From: the human T2T-CHM13v2.0 reference genome, Homo sapiens
Assembly (NCBI RefSeq): GCF_009914755.1
Contig: NC_060937.1
Reading direction: 5' to 3' (one strand)
Length of the DNA: 64,000 nt
The first letter of the stretch is position 1, and each line of letters opens with the position of its first letter. Below the pieces are notes generated by a model. It was not told where the DNA came from, did not search any database, and saw only the letters and a list, made by a program, of their open reading frames with translations. The translations under genes were made by a program, and so were the position numbers. Below, one piece after another: positions 1 through 16,400 of the stretch.

Positions 1-689
1 TACTGTACATAAAATATCAAAGTACCCAAGGTATATATTCTATACTGTACAAAAAGTGTCAAAGTACCCAAAGCATGTATTATATACTGTATATAAAATA
101 TGAATGTACATCAAATATATATTTTATTCTGTACAGAAAATATCAAAGTACACCAGATATATATTCTATAGTGTACATAAAATAACAAAATACACAAACT
201 ATAAATTATATACTGTACATAAAATATGAAATTACATCAAATATATATTAGGTACATAAAATATGAAAGTACATCAAATATAGATTCTATACTGTACATA
301 TAATATCAATGTACCCTAAATATATATTTTATACTCTACATGAAATATCAAAGTTCACAAACCATATATTATATACTGTACATAAAATGTCAAAGTACCC
401 AAGGTATATATTCTATACTGTACAAATAATATCAAAGTACCAAAAGCATGTATTATATACTGTACATAAAATATGAAATTACATCAAATATATATTTTAT
501 TCTGTACATAAAATATCAAAGTACACCAGATATATAATCTATAGTGTACATAAAATATCAAAGTTCCCAAACTATACATTATATAATGTACATAAAATAT
601 GAAATTACATCAAATATATATTAGGTACATAAAATATGAAAGTACATCAAATATAGATTATATACTGTACAATAAATACCAAAGTACCC

Positions 690-3600
690 CAAATATATAT
701 TTTATACTGTACATGAAATATCAAAGTTCACAAACTACATATTATATACTGTACATATAATATCAAAGTACCCGAGGTATATATTCTATACTGTACAAAA
801 AATAATAAAGTACCAAAAGCATGTAATATATACTGTACCTAAAATATGAAAGTACATCAAATATATATTTTATTCTTTACATAAAATATCAAAGTACACC
901 AGATATATATTCTATAGTGTACATAAAATATCAAAGTACCCAAACTATACATTATATACTGTACATAAAATATGAAATTACATCAAATATATATTAGGTA
1001 CATAAAATATGAAAGTACATCAAATATAGATTATATACTGTACATAAAATATCAAAGTACCCCAAATATATATTATATACTGTACATGAAATATCAGAGT
1101 TCACAAACTATATATTATATACTGTACATAAAATATCAAAGTACCCAAGGTATATATTCTATACTGTACAAAAAATATCAAAGTACCCAAAACATGTATT
1201 ATATACTGTACATAAAATATGAAAGTACATCAAATATATATTTTATTCTGTACATAAAATATCAAAGTACACCAGATATATATTCTATAATGTACATAAA
1301 ATAACAAAGTACAAAAACTATAAAATATATACTGTACATAAAATATGAAATTACATCAAATATATATTAAGTACATAAAATATGAAAGTACATCAAATAT
1401 AGATTATATACTGTACATAAAATATCAATGTACCCCAAATATATATGTTATACTCTACATGAAATATCAAAGTTCACAAACCATATATTATATACTGTAC
1501 ATAAAATATCAAAGTACCCAAGTTATAAATTCTATACTATACAAAAAATATCAAAGTACCCAAAGCATGTATTATATACTGTACATAAAATATGAAAGTA
1601 CATCAAATATATATTTTATTCTTTACATAAAATATCAAAGTACACCAGATATATATTCTATAGTGTACATAAAATATCAAAGTACCCAAACTATACATTA
1701 TATACTGTACATAAAATATGAGATTACATCAAATATATATTATATTAGGTACATAAAATATGAAAGTACATCAAATATAGATTATATACTGTACATAAAA
1801 TATCAAAGTACCCCAAATATATATTATATACTTTACATGAAATATCAAAGTTCACAAACTATATATTATATACTGTACATAAAATATCAAAGTACCCAAG
1901 GTATATATTCTATACTGTACAAAAAATATCAAAGTACCCATAGCATGTATTATATACTGTACATAAAATATGAAATTACATCAAATATATATTTTATTCT
2001 GTACATAAAATATCAAAGTACACCAGATATATATTCTATAGTGTACATAAAATTACAAAGTACACAAACTATACATTATATACTGTACATAAAATATGAA
2101 ATTACATCAAATATATATTAGGTACATAAAATATGAAAGTACATCAAATATAGATTATATACTGTACATAAAATATCAAAGTACCCCAAATATATATTTT
2201 GTACTCTACATGAAATATCAAAGTTCACAAACCATATATTATATAGTGTACATAAAATGTCAAAGTACCCAAGGTATATATTCTATACTGTACAAAAAAT
2301 ATCAAAGTACCCAAAGCATGTATTATATACTGTACATAAAATATGAAAGTACATCAAATATATATTTTATTCTGTACATAAAATATCAAAGTACACCAGA
2401 TATATATTCTATAGTGTACATAAAATATCAAAGTACCCAAACTATACATTATATACTGTACATAAAATATGAAATTACATCAAATATATATTATATTAGG
2501 TACATAAAATATGAAAGTACATCAAATATAGATTATATACTGTACATAAAATATCAAAGTACCCCAAATATATATTATATAGTGTACATGAAATATCAAA
2601 CTTCACAAACTATATATTATATACTGTACATAAAATAGCAAAGTACCCAAGGTATATATTCTATCCTGTACAAAAAATATCAAAGTACCCAAAGCATGTA
2701 TTATATACTGTACATAAAATATGAAATTACATCAAATATATATTTTATTCTGTACATAAAATATCAAAGTACACCAGATATATATTCTATAGTGTACATA
2801 AAATAACAAAGTACAAAAACTATAAATTATATACTGTACATAAAATATGAAATTACATCAAATATATATTGGTACATAAAATATGAAAGTACATCCAATA
2901 TAGATTATATACTGTACATAAAATATCAATGTACCACAAATATATATTTTATACTCTACATGAAATATCAAAGTTCACAAACCATATATTATATACTGTA
3001 CATAAAATATCAAAGTACCCAAGGTATATATTCTATACTGTACAAAAAATATCAAAGTACCCAAAGCATGTATTATATACTGTACATAAAATATGAAAGT
3101 ACATCAAATATATATTTTATTCTGTACATAAAATATCAAAGTACACCAGATATATATTCTATAGTGTACATAAAATATCAAAGTACCCAAACTATACATT
3201 ATATACTGTACATAAAATATGAAATTACATCAAATATATATTATATTAGGTACATAAAATATGAAAGTACATCAAATATAGATTATATACTGTACATAAA
3301 ATATCAAAGTACCCCAAATATATATTATATACTGTATATGAAATATCAAAGTTCACAAACTATATATTATATACTGTACATAAAATATTAAAGTACCCAA
3401 GGTATATATTCTATACTGCACAAAAAAATCAAAGTACCCAAAGCATGTATTATATACTGTATATAAAATATGAAAGTACATCAAATATATATTTTATTCT
3501 GTACAAAAAATATCAAAGTACACCAGATATATATTCTATAGTGTACATAAAATAACAAAGTACAAAAACTATAAAATATATACTGTACATAAAATATGAA

Positions 3601-6600
3601 ATTACATCAAATATATATTAAGTACATAAAATATGAAAGTACATCAAATATAGGTTATATACTGTACATAAAATATCAAAGTACCCCAAATATATATTAT
3701 ATACTCTACATGAAATATCAAAGTTCACAAACTATATATTATATACTGTACATAAAATATCAAAGTACCCAAAGTATATATTCTATACTGTACAAAAAAT
3801 ATCAAAGTACCCAAAGCATGTATTATATACTGTATATAAAATATGAAAGTACATCAAATATATATTTTATTCTGTACATAAAATATAAAAGTACACCAGA
3901 TATATATTCTATAGTGTACATAAAATATCAAAGTATGCAAACCATACATTATATACTGTACATAAAATATGAAATCACATCAAATATATATTATATTAGG
4001 TACATAAAATATGAAAGTACATCAAATATAGATTATATACTGTACATTAAATACCAAAGTACCCCAAATATATATTTTATACTGTACATGAAATATCAAA
4101 GTTCACAAACTATATGTTATATACTGTACATAAAATATCAAAGTACCCGAGGTATATATTCTATACTGTACAAAAAATATCAAAGTACCCAAAGCATGTA
4201 TTATATACTCTACATAAAATATGAAAGTACATCAAATATATATTTTATTCTGTACATAAAATATCAAAGTACACCAGATATATATTCTATAGTGTACATA
4301 AAATATAAAAGTACCCAAACTATACATTATATACTGTACATAAAATATGAAATTACATCAAATATATTTTATATTAGGTACATAAAATATGAAAGTACAT
4401 CAAATATAGATTATATACTGTACATTAAATACCAAAGTACCCCAAATATATATTTTATACTGTACATGAAATATCAAAGTTCACAAACTACATATTATAT
4501 ACTGTACATATATCAAAGTACCCGAGGTATATATTCTATACTGTACAAAAAATAACAAAGTACCAAAAGCATGTAATATATACTGTACCTAAAATATGAA
4601 AGTACATCAAATATATATTTTATTCTTTACATAAAATATCAAAGTACACCAGATATATATTCTATAGTGTACATAAAATATCAAAGTACCCAAACTATAC
4701 ATTATATACTGTACATAAAATATGAAATTACATCAAATATATATTAGGTACATAAAATATGAAAGTACATCAAATATAGATTATATACTGTACATAAAAT
4801 ATCAAAGTACCACAAATATATATTATATACTGTACATGAAATATCAGAGTTCACAAACTATATATTATATACTGTACATAAAATATCAAAGTACCCAAGG
4901 TATATATTCTATACTGTACAAAAAATATCAAAGTACCCAAAGCATGTATTATATACTGTACATAAAATATGAAAGTACATCAAATATATATTTTATTCTG
5001 TACATAAAATATCAAAGTACACCAGATATATATTCTATAGTGTACATAAAATAACAAAGTACAAAAACTATAAAATATATACTGTACATAAAATATGAAA
5101 TTTCATCAAATATATATTAAGTACATAAAATATGAAAGTACATCAAATATAGATTATATACTGTACATAAAATATCAATGTACCCCAAATATATATGTTA
5201 TACTCTACATGAAATATCAAAGTTCACCAACCATATATTATATACTGTACATAAAATATCAAAGTACCCAAGTTATAAATTCTATACTATACAAAAAATA
5301 TCAAAGTACCCAAAGCATGTATTATATACTGTACATAAAATATGAAAGTACATCTAATATATATTTTATTCTTTACATAAAATATCAAAGTACACCAGAT
5401 ATATATTCTATAGTGTACATAAAATATCAAAGTACCCAAACTATACATTATATACTGTACATAAAATATGAGATTACATCAAATATATATTATATTAGGT
5501 ACATAAAATATGAAAGTACATCAAATATAGATTATATACTGTACATAAAATATCAAAGTACCCCAAATATATATTATATACTCTACATGAAATATCAAAG
5601 TTCACAAACTATATATTATATACTGTACATAAAATATCAAAGTACCCAAGGTATATATTCTATACTGTACAAAAAATATCAAAGTACCCAAAGCATGTAT
5701 TATATACTGTACATAAAATATGAAATTACGTCAAATATATATTTTATTCTGTACATAAAATATCAAAGTACACCAGATATATATTCTATAGTGTACATAA
5801 AATTACAAAGTACACAAACTATACATTATATACTGTACATAAAATATGAAATTACATCAAATATATATTAGGTACATAAAATATGAAAGTACATCAAATA
5901 TAGATTATATACTGTACATAAAATATCAAAGTACCCCAAATATATATTTTGTACTCTACATGAAATATCAAAGTTCACAAACCATATATTATATAGTGTA
6001 CATAAAATATCAAAGTACCCAAGGTATATATTCTATACTGTACAAAAAATATCAAAGTACCCAAAGCCTGTATTATATACTGTACATAAAATATGAAAGT
6101 ACATCAAATATATATTTTATTCTGTACATAAAATATCAAAGTACACCAGATATATATTCTATAGTGTACATAAAATATCAAAGTACCCAAACTATACATT
6201 ATATACTGTACATAAAATATGAAATTACATCAAATATATATTATATTAGGTACATAAAATATGAAAGTACATCAAATATAGATTATATACTGTACATAAA
6301 ATATCAAAGTACCCCAAATATATATTATATAGTGTACATGAAATATCAAACTTCACAAACTATATATTATATACTGTACATAAAATAGCAAAGTACCCAA
6401 GGTATATATTCTATCCTGTACAAAAAATATCAAAGTACCCAAAGCATGTATTATATACTGTATATAAAATATGAAAGTACATCAAATATATATTTTATTC
6501 TGTACATAAAATATCAAAGTACACCAGATATATATTCTATAGTGTACATAAAATAACAAAGTACAAAAACTATAAATTATATACTGTACATAAAATATGA

Positions 6601-9600
6601 AATTACATCAAATATATATTGGTACATAAAATATGAAAGTACATCCAATATAGATTATATACTGTACATAAAATATCAATGTACCACAAATATATATTTT
6701 ATACTCTACATGAAATATCAAAGTTCACAAACCATATATTATATACTGTACATAAAATATCAAAGTACCCAAGGTATATATTCTATACTGTACAAAAAAT
6801 ATCAAAGTACCCAAAGCATGTATTATGTACTGTACATAAAATATGAAAGTACATCAAATATATATTTTATTCTGTACATAAAATATCAAAGTACACCAGA
6901 TATATATTCTATAGTGTACATAAAATATCAAAGTACCCAAACTATACATTATATACTGTACATAAAATATGAAATTACATCAAATATATATTATATTAGG
7001 TACATAAAATATGAAAGTACATCAAATATAGATTATATACTGTACATAAAATATCAAAGTACCCCAAATATATATTATATACTGTATATGAAATATCAAA
7101 GTTCACAAACTATATATTATATACTGTACATAAAATATTAAAGTACCCAAGGTATATATTCTATACTGCACAAAAAAATCAAAGTACCCAAAGCATGTAT
7201 TATATACTGTATATAAAATATGAAAGTACATCAAATATATATTTTATTCTGTACAAAAAATATCAAAGTACACCAGATATATATTCTATAGTGTACATAA
7301 AATAACAAAGTACAAAAACTATAAAATATATACTGTACATAAAATATGAAATTACATCAAATATATATTAAGTACATAAAATATGAAAGTACATCAAATA
7401 TAGGTTATATACTGTACATAAAATATCAAAGTACCCAAATATATATTATATACTCTACATGAAATATCAAAGTTCACAAACTATATATTATATACTGTAC
7501 ATAAAATATCAAAGTACCCAAAGTATATATTCTATACTGTACAAAAAATATCAAAGTACCCAAAGCATGTATTATATACTGTATATAAAATATGAAAGTA
7601 CATCAAATATATATTTTATTCTGTACATAAAATATAAAAGTACACCAGATATATATTCTATAGTGTACATAAAATATCAAAGTATGCAAACCATACATTA
7701 TATACTGTACATAAAATATGAAATCACATCAAATATATATTATATTAGGTACATAAAATATGAAAGTACATCAAATATAGATTATATACTGTACATTAAA
7801 TACCAAAGTACCCCAAATATATATTTTATACTGTACATGAAATATCAAAGTTCACAAACTATATGTTATATACTGTACATAAAATATCAAAGTACCCGAG
7901 GTATATATTCTATACTGTACAAAAAATATCAAAGTACCCAAAGCATGTATTATATACTCTACATAAAATATGAAAGTACATCAAATATATATTTTATTCT
8001 GTACATAAAATATCAAAGTACACCAGATATATATTCTATAGTGTACATAAAATATAAAAGTACCCAAACTATACATTATATACTGTACATAAAATATGAA
8101 ATTACATCAAATATATTTTATATTAGGTACATAAAATATGAAAGTACATCAAATATAGATTATATACTGTACATTAAATACCAAAGTACCCCAAATATAT
8201 ATTTTATACTGTACATGAAATATCAAAGTTCACAAACTACATATTATATACTGTACATATATCAAAGTACCCGAGGTATATATTCTATACTGTACAAAAA
8301 ATAACAAAGTACCAAAAGCATGTAATATATACTGTACCTAAAATATGAAAGTACATCAAATATATATTTTATTCTTTACATAAAATATCAAAGTACACCA
8401 GATATATATTCTATAGTGTACATAAAATATCAAAGTACCCAAACTATACATTATATACTGTACATAAAATATGAAATTACATCAAATATATATTAGGTAC
8501 ATAAAATATGAAAGTACATCAAATATAGATTATATACTGTACATAAAATATCAAAGTACCACAAATATATATTATATACTGTACATGAAATATCAGAGTT
8601 CACAAACTATATATTATATACTGTACATAAAATATCAAAGTACCCAAGGTATATATTCTATACTGTACAAAAAATATCAAAGTACCCAAAGCATGTATTA
8701 TATACTGTACATAAAATATGAAAGTACATCAAATATATATTTTATTCTGTACATAAAATATCAAAGTACACCAGATATATATTCTATAGTGTACATAAAA
8801 TAACAAAGTACAAAAACTATAAAATATATACTGTACATAAAATATGAAATTTCATCAAATATATATTAAGTACATAAAATATGAAAGTACATCAAATATA
8901 GATTATATACTGTACATAAAATATCAATGTACCCCAAATATATATGTTATACTCTACATGAAATATCAAAGTTCACCAACCATATATTATATACTGTACA
9001 TAAAATATCAAAGTACCCAAGTTATAAATTCTATACTATACAAAAAATATCAAAGTACCCAAAGCTTGTATTATATACTGTACATAAAATATGAAAGTAC
9101 ATCTAATATATATTTTATTCTTTACATAAAATATCAAAGTACACCAGATATATATTCTATAGTGTACATAAAATATCAAAGTACCCAAACTATACATTAT
9201 ATACTGTACATAAAATATGAGATTACATCAAATATATATTATATTAGGTACATAAAATATGAAAGTACATCAAATATAGATTATATACTGTACATAAAAT
9301 ATCAAAGTACCCCAAATATATATTATATACTCTACATGAAATATCAAAGTTCACAAACTATATATTATATACTGTACATAAAATATCAAAGTACCCAAGG
9401 TATATATTCTATACTGTACAAAAAATATCAAAGTACCCAAAGCATGTATTATATACTGTACATAAAATATGAAATTACGTCAAATATATATTTTATTCTG
9501 TACATAAAATATCAAAGTACACCAGATATATATTCTATAGTGTACATAAAATTACAAAGTACACAAACTATACATTATATACTGTACATAAAATATGAAA

Positions 9601-11000
9601 TTACATCAAATATATATTAGGTACATAAAATATGAAAGTACATCAAATATAGATTATATACTGTACATAAAATATCAAAGTACCCCAAATATATATTTTG
9701 TACTCTACATGAAATATCAAAGTTCACAAACCATATATTATATAGTGTACATAAAATATCAAAGTACCCAAGGTATATATTCTATACTGTACAAAAAATA
9801 TCAAAGTACCCAAAGCCTGTATTATATACTGTACATAAAATATGAAAGTACATCAAATATATATTTTATTCTGTACATAAAATATCAAAGTACACCAGAT
9901 ATATATTCTATAGTGTACATAAAATATCAAAGTACCCAAACTATACATTATATACTGTACATAAAATATGAAATTACATCAAATATATATTATATTAGGT
10001 ACATAAAATATGAAAGTACATCAAATATAGATTATATACTGTACATAAAATATCAAAGTACCCCAAATATATATTATATAGTGTACATGAAATATCAAAC
10101 TTCACAAACTATATATTATATACTGTACATAAAATAGCAAAGTACCCAAGGTATATATTCTATCCTGTACAAAAAATATCAAAGTACCCAAAGCATGTAT
10201 TATATACTGTATATAAAATATGAAAGTACATCAAATATATATTTTATTCTGTACATAAAATATCAAAGTACACCAGATATATATTCTATAGTGTACATAA
10301 AATAACAAAGTACAAAAACTATAAATTATATACTGTACATAAAATATGAAATTACATCAAATATATATTGGTACATAAAATATGAAAGTACATCCAATAT
10401 AGATTATATACTGTACATAAAATATCAATGTACCACAAATATATATTTTATACTCTACATGAAATATCAAAGTTCACAAACCATATATTATATACTGTAC
10501 ATAAAATATCAAAGTACCCAAGGTATATATTCTATACTGTACAAAAAATATCAAAGTACCCAAAGCATGTATTATATACTGTACATAAAATATGAAAGTA
10601 CATCAAATATATATTTTATTCTGTACATAAAATATCAAAGTACACCAGATATATATTCTATAGTGTACATAAAATATCAAAGTACCCAAACTATACATTA
10701 TATACTGTACATAAAATATGAAATTACATCAAATATATATTATATTAGGTACATAAAATATGAAAGTACATCAAATATAGATTATATACTGTACATAAAA
10801 TATCAAAGTACCCCAAATATATATTATATACTGTATATGAAATATCAAAGTTCACAAACTGTATATTATATACTGTACATAAAATATTAAAGTACCCAAG
10901 GTATATATTCTATACTGCACAAAAAAATCAAAGTACCCAAAGCATGTATTATATACTGTATATAAAATATGAAAGTACATCAAATATATATTTTATTCTG
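690..11000 (+). repeat. 3,750-bp super-repeat (ten 9-mers), about 2.75 tandem copies
   Basis: ORF patterns recur at 972/4722/8471, 1345/5095/8844, 2096/5846/9595 (offsets 3750 and 3749). Shared rare variants include atcagagt, agttataaat, aaaatagca and tattggtac. Boundaries approximate. Confidence 0.93.
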
Positions 11001-11716
11001 TACATTATATATCAAAGTACACCTGATATATATTCTATAGTGTACATAAAATAACAAAGTACACAAACTATAAATTATATACTGTACATAAAATATGAGA
11101 TTACATCAAATATATATTAGGTACATAAAATATGAAAGTACATCAAATATAGATAATATACTGTACATAAAATATCAATGTACCCCAAATATATATTTTA
11201 TACTCTACATGAAATATCAAAGTTCACAAACCATATATTGTATACTGTACATAAAATATCAAAGTACCAAAGGTATGTATTCTATACTGTACAAAAAATA
11301 TCAAAGTACCCAAAGCATGTATTATATACTGTACATAAAATATGAAAGTACATCAAAAATATATATTTAATTCTGTACATAAAATATCAAAGTACACCAG
11401 AAATATATTCTAAAGTGTACATAAAATTTCAAAGTACCCAAACTATACATTATATACTGTACATAAAATATGAAATTACATCAAATATATATTAGGTACA
11501 TAAAATATGAAGGTACATCAAATATAGATTATATACTGTACATATAATATCAATGTACCCCAAATATATATTTTGTACTCTACATGAAATATCAAAGTTC
11601 ACAAACCATATATTATATACTGTACATAAAATACCAAAGTACCCAAGGTATATATTCTATACTGTACAAAAAATATCAAAGTACCCAAAGCATGTATTAC
11701 AAACTGTACATAAAAT

Positions 11717-14700
11717 ATGAAATTACATCAAATATATATTAGGTACATAAAATATGAAGGTACATCAAATATAGATTATATACTGTACATAAAATATCAA
11801 TGTACCCCAAATGTATATTTTATACTCTACATGAAATATCAAAGTTCACAAACCATATCTTATATACTGTACATAAAATATCAATGTAACCAAGGTATAT
11901 ATTCTATACTGTACAAAAAATATCAAAGTACCCAAAGCATGTATTATATACTGTACATAAAATATGAAAGTACATCAAATATATATTTTATTCTGTACAT
12001 AAAATATCAAAGTACACCAGATATATATTCCATAGTGTACATAAAATATCAAAGTACCCAAACTATACATTATATACTGTACATAAAATATGAAATTACA
12101 TCAAATATATTTTATATTAGGTACATAAAATATGAAAGTACATCAAATATAGATTATATACTGTACATTACATACCAAAGTACCCCAAATATATATTTTA
12201 TACTGTACATGAAATATCAAAGTTCACAAACTATATATTATATACTGTACATGTAATATCAAAGTACCCGAGGTATATATTCTATACTGTACAAAAAATA
12301 ACAAAGTCCCAAAAGCATGTATTATATACTGTACATAAAATATGAAAGCACATCAAATATATATTTTATTCTGTACATAAAATATCAAAGTACACCAGAT
12401 ATATATTCTATAGAGTACATAAAATATCAAAGTACCCAAACTATACATTATATACTGTACATAAAATATGAAATTACATCAAATATATATTATATTAGGT
12501 ACATAAAATATGAAAGTACATCAAATATAGATTATATACTGTACATTGAATACCAAAGTACCCCAAATATATATTTTATACTGTACATGAAATATCAAAG
12601 TTCACACACTATATATTATATACTGTACATAAAATATCAAAGTACCCAAGGTATATATTCTATACTGTACAAAAAATATCAAAGTACCCAAAGCATGTAT
12701 TATAAACTGTACATAAAATATGAAAGTATATCAAATATATATTTTATTCTGTACATAAAATATCAAAGTACACCAGATATATATTCTATATTGTACATAA
12801 AATATCAAAGTACCCAAACTATACATTATATACTGTACATAAAATATGAAATTACATCAAATATATATTATATTACGTACATAAAATATGAAAGTACATC
12901 AAATATAGATTATATACTGTACATGAAATATCAAAGTACCCCAAATATATATTATATACTGTACATGAAATATCAAAGTTCACAAACTATATATTATATA
13001 CTGTACATAAAATATCAAAGTACCCAAGGTATATATTCTATACTCTAAAAAAAATATCAAAGTACCCAAAGCATGTATTATATACTGTATATAAAATATG
13101 AAAGTACATTAAATATATATTTTATTCTGTACATAAAATATCAAAGTACACCAGATATATATTCTATAGTGTACATAAAATTACAAAGTACACAAACTAT
13201 ACACTATATACTGTACATAAAATATGAAATTACATCAAATATATATTAGGTACATAAAATATGAAAGTACATCAAATATAGATTATATACTGTACATATA
13301 ATATCAACGTACCCCAAATATATATTTTATACTCTACATGAAATATCAAAGTTCACAAACCATACATTATATACTGTACATAAAATATCAAAGTACCCAA
13401 GGTATATATTCTATACTGTACAAAAAATATCAAAGTACCCAAAGCATGTATTATATACTGTACATAAAATATGAAATTACATCAAATATATATTTTATTC
13501 TGTACTTAAAATATCAAAGTACACAAGATATATATTCTATAGTGTACATAAAATATCAAAGTACCCAAACTATACATTATATACTGTACATAAAATATGA
13601 AATTACATCAAATATATATTATATTAGGTACATGAAATATGAAAGTACATCAAATATAGATTATATACTGTACATTAAATACCAAAGTACCCCAAATATA
13701 TATTTTATACTGTACATGAAATATCAAAGTTCACAAACCATATATTATATACTTTACATAAAATATCAAAGTACCCAACTTATATATTCTATACTGTACA
13801 AAAAACATCAAAGTACCCAAAGCATGTATTATATACTGTACATAAAATATGAAAGTACATCAAATATATCTTTTATTCTGTACATAATATATCAAAGTAC
13901 ACCAGATATATATTCTATAGTGTACATAAAATAACAAAGTACAAAAACTATAAATTCTATACTGTACATAAAATATGAAATTACATCAAATACATATTAG
14001 GTACATAAAATATGAAAGTACATCAAATATAGATTATATACTGTACGTAAAATATCAATGTACCCCAAATATATATTTTATACTGTACATGAAATATCAA
14101 ATTTCACAAACTATATATTATATACTGTACATAAAATATCAAAGTACCCAAGGTATATATTCTATACTGTACAAATAATATCAAAGTACCCAAAGCACGT
14201 ATTATATACTGTACATAAAATATGAAAGTACATCAAATATATATTTTATTCTGTACATAAAATATCAAAGTACACCAGATATATATTCTATAGTGTACAT
14301 AAAATATCAAAGTACCCAAACTATACATTATATACTGTACATAAAATATGAAATTACATCAAATTTATATTAGGTACATAAAATATGAAAGTACATCAAA
14401 TATAGATTATATACTGTACATAAAATATCAAAGTACCCCAAATATATATTATATACTGTATATGAAATATCAAAGTTCACAAACTATATATTATATACTG
14501 TACATAAAATATCAAAGTACCCAAGGTATATATTCTATACTGTACAAAAGATATCAAAGTACCCAAAGCATGTATTATATACTGTACATAAAATATGAAA
14601 GTACATCAAATATATATTTTATTCTGTACATAAAATATCAAAGTACACCAGATATATATTCTATAGTGTACATAAAATAACAAAGTACAAAAACTATAAA

Positions 14701-16400
14701 TTATATACTGTACATAAAATATGAAATTACATCAAATACATATTAGGCACATAAAATATGACTGTACATCAAATATAGATTATATACTGTACATAAAATA
14801 TCAATGTACCCCAAATATATATTTTATACTCTACATGAAATATCAAAGTTCACAAACCATATCTTATATACTGTACATAAAATATCAATGTAACCAAGGT
14901 ATATATTCTATACTGTACAAAAAATTTCAAAGTACCCAAAGCATGTATTATATACTGTACATAAAATATGAAAGTACATCAAATATATATTTTATTCTGT
15001 ACATAAAATATCAAAGTACACCAGATATATATTCCATAGTGTACATAAAATATCAAAGTACCCAAACTATACATTATATACTGTACATAAAATATGAAAT
15101 TACATCAAATATATTTTATATTAGGTACATAAAATATGAAAGTACATCAAATATAGATTATATACTGTACATTACATACCAAAGTACCCCAAATATATAT
15201 TTTATACTGTACATGAAATATCAAAGTTCACAAACTATATATTATATACTGTACATGTAATATCAAAGTACCCGAGGTATATATTCTATACTGTACAAAA
15301 AATAACAAAGTCCCAAAAGCATGTATTATATACTGTACATAAAATATGAAAGCACATCAAATATATATTTTATTCTGTACATAAAATATCAAAGTACACC
15401 AGATATATATTCTATAGAGTACATAAAATATCAAAGTACCCAAACTATACATTATATACTGTACATAAAATATGAAATTACATCAAATATATATTATATT
15501 AGGTACATAAAATATGAAAGTACATCAAATATAGATTATATACTGTACATTGAATACCAAAGTACCCCAAATATATATTTTATACTGTACATGAAATATC
15601 AAAGTTCACACACTATATATTATATACTGTACATAAAATATCAAAGTACCCAAGGTATATATTCTATACTGTACAAAAAATATCAAAGTACCCAAAGCAT
15701 GTATTATAAACTGTACATAAAATATGAAAGTATATCAAATATATATTTTATTCTGTACATAAAATATCAAAGTACACCAGATATATATTCTATATTGTAC
15801 ATAAAATATCAAAGTACCCAAACTATACATTATATACTGTACATAAAATATGAAATTACATCAAATATATATTATATTAGGTACATAAAATATGAAAGTA
15901 CATCAAATATAGATTATATACTGTACATGAAATATCAAAGTACCCCAAATATATATTATATACTGTACATGAAATATCAAAGTTCACAAACTATATATTA
16001 TATACTGTACATAAAATATCAAAGTACCCAAGGTATATATTCTATACTCTAAAAAAAATATCAAAGTACCCAAAGCATGTATTATATACTGTATATAAAA
16101 TATGAAAGTACATTAAATATATATTTTATTCTGTACATAAAATATCAAAGTACACCAGATATATATTCTATAGTGTACATAAAATTACAAAGTACACAAA
16201 CTATACACTATATACTGTACATAAAATATGAAATTACATCAAATATATATTAGGTACATAAAATATGAAAGTATATCCAATACAGATTATATACTGTACA
16301 CATAATATCAACGTACCCCAAATATATATTTTATACTCTACATGAACTATCAAAGTTCACAAACCATACATTATATACTGTATATAAAATATCAAAGTAC
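11717..16400 (+). repeat. 3,004-bp super-repeat (eight 9-mers), about 1.6 copies
   Basis: ORFs 11717/14721, 12317/15321 and 13338/16342 are all offset by 3004 (numerically 4x378+4x373). Shared variants caatgtaacc, aagtccc, tagagtac, cattgaatacc, ctctaaaaaaaa. Confidence 0.92.

Noticed and set aside
195-215. TATA-box-like TATAAA motifs (here and in many M9 variants)
   Set aside because: Expected by chance in such AT-rich repeats, with no other promoter context.
7425-7445. 1-bp loss in a C-run making one copy 3,749 rather than 3,750 bp
   Set aside because: A single homopolymer indel that could be a consensus error; not meaningful on its own.
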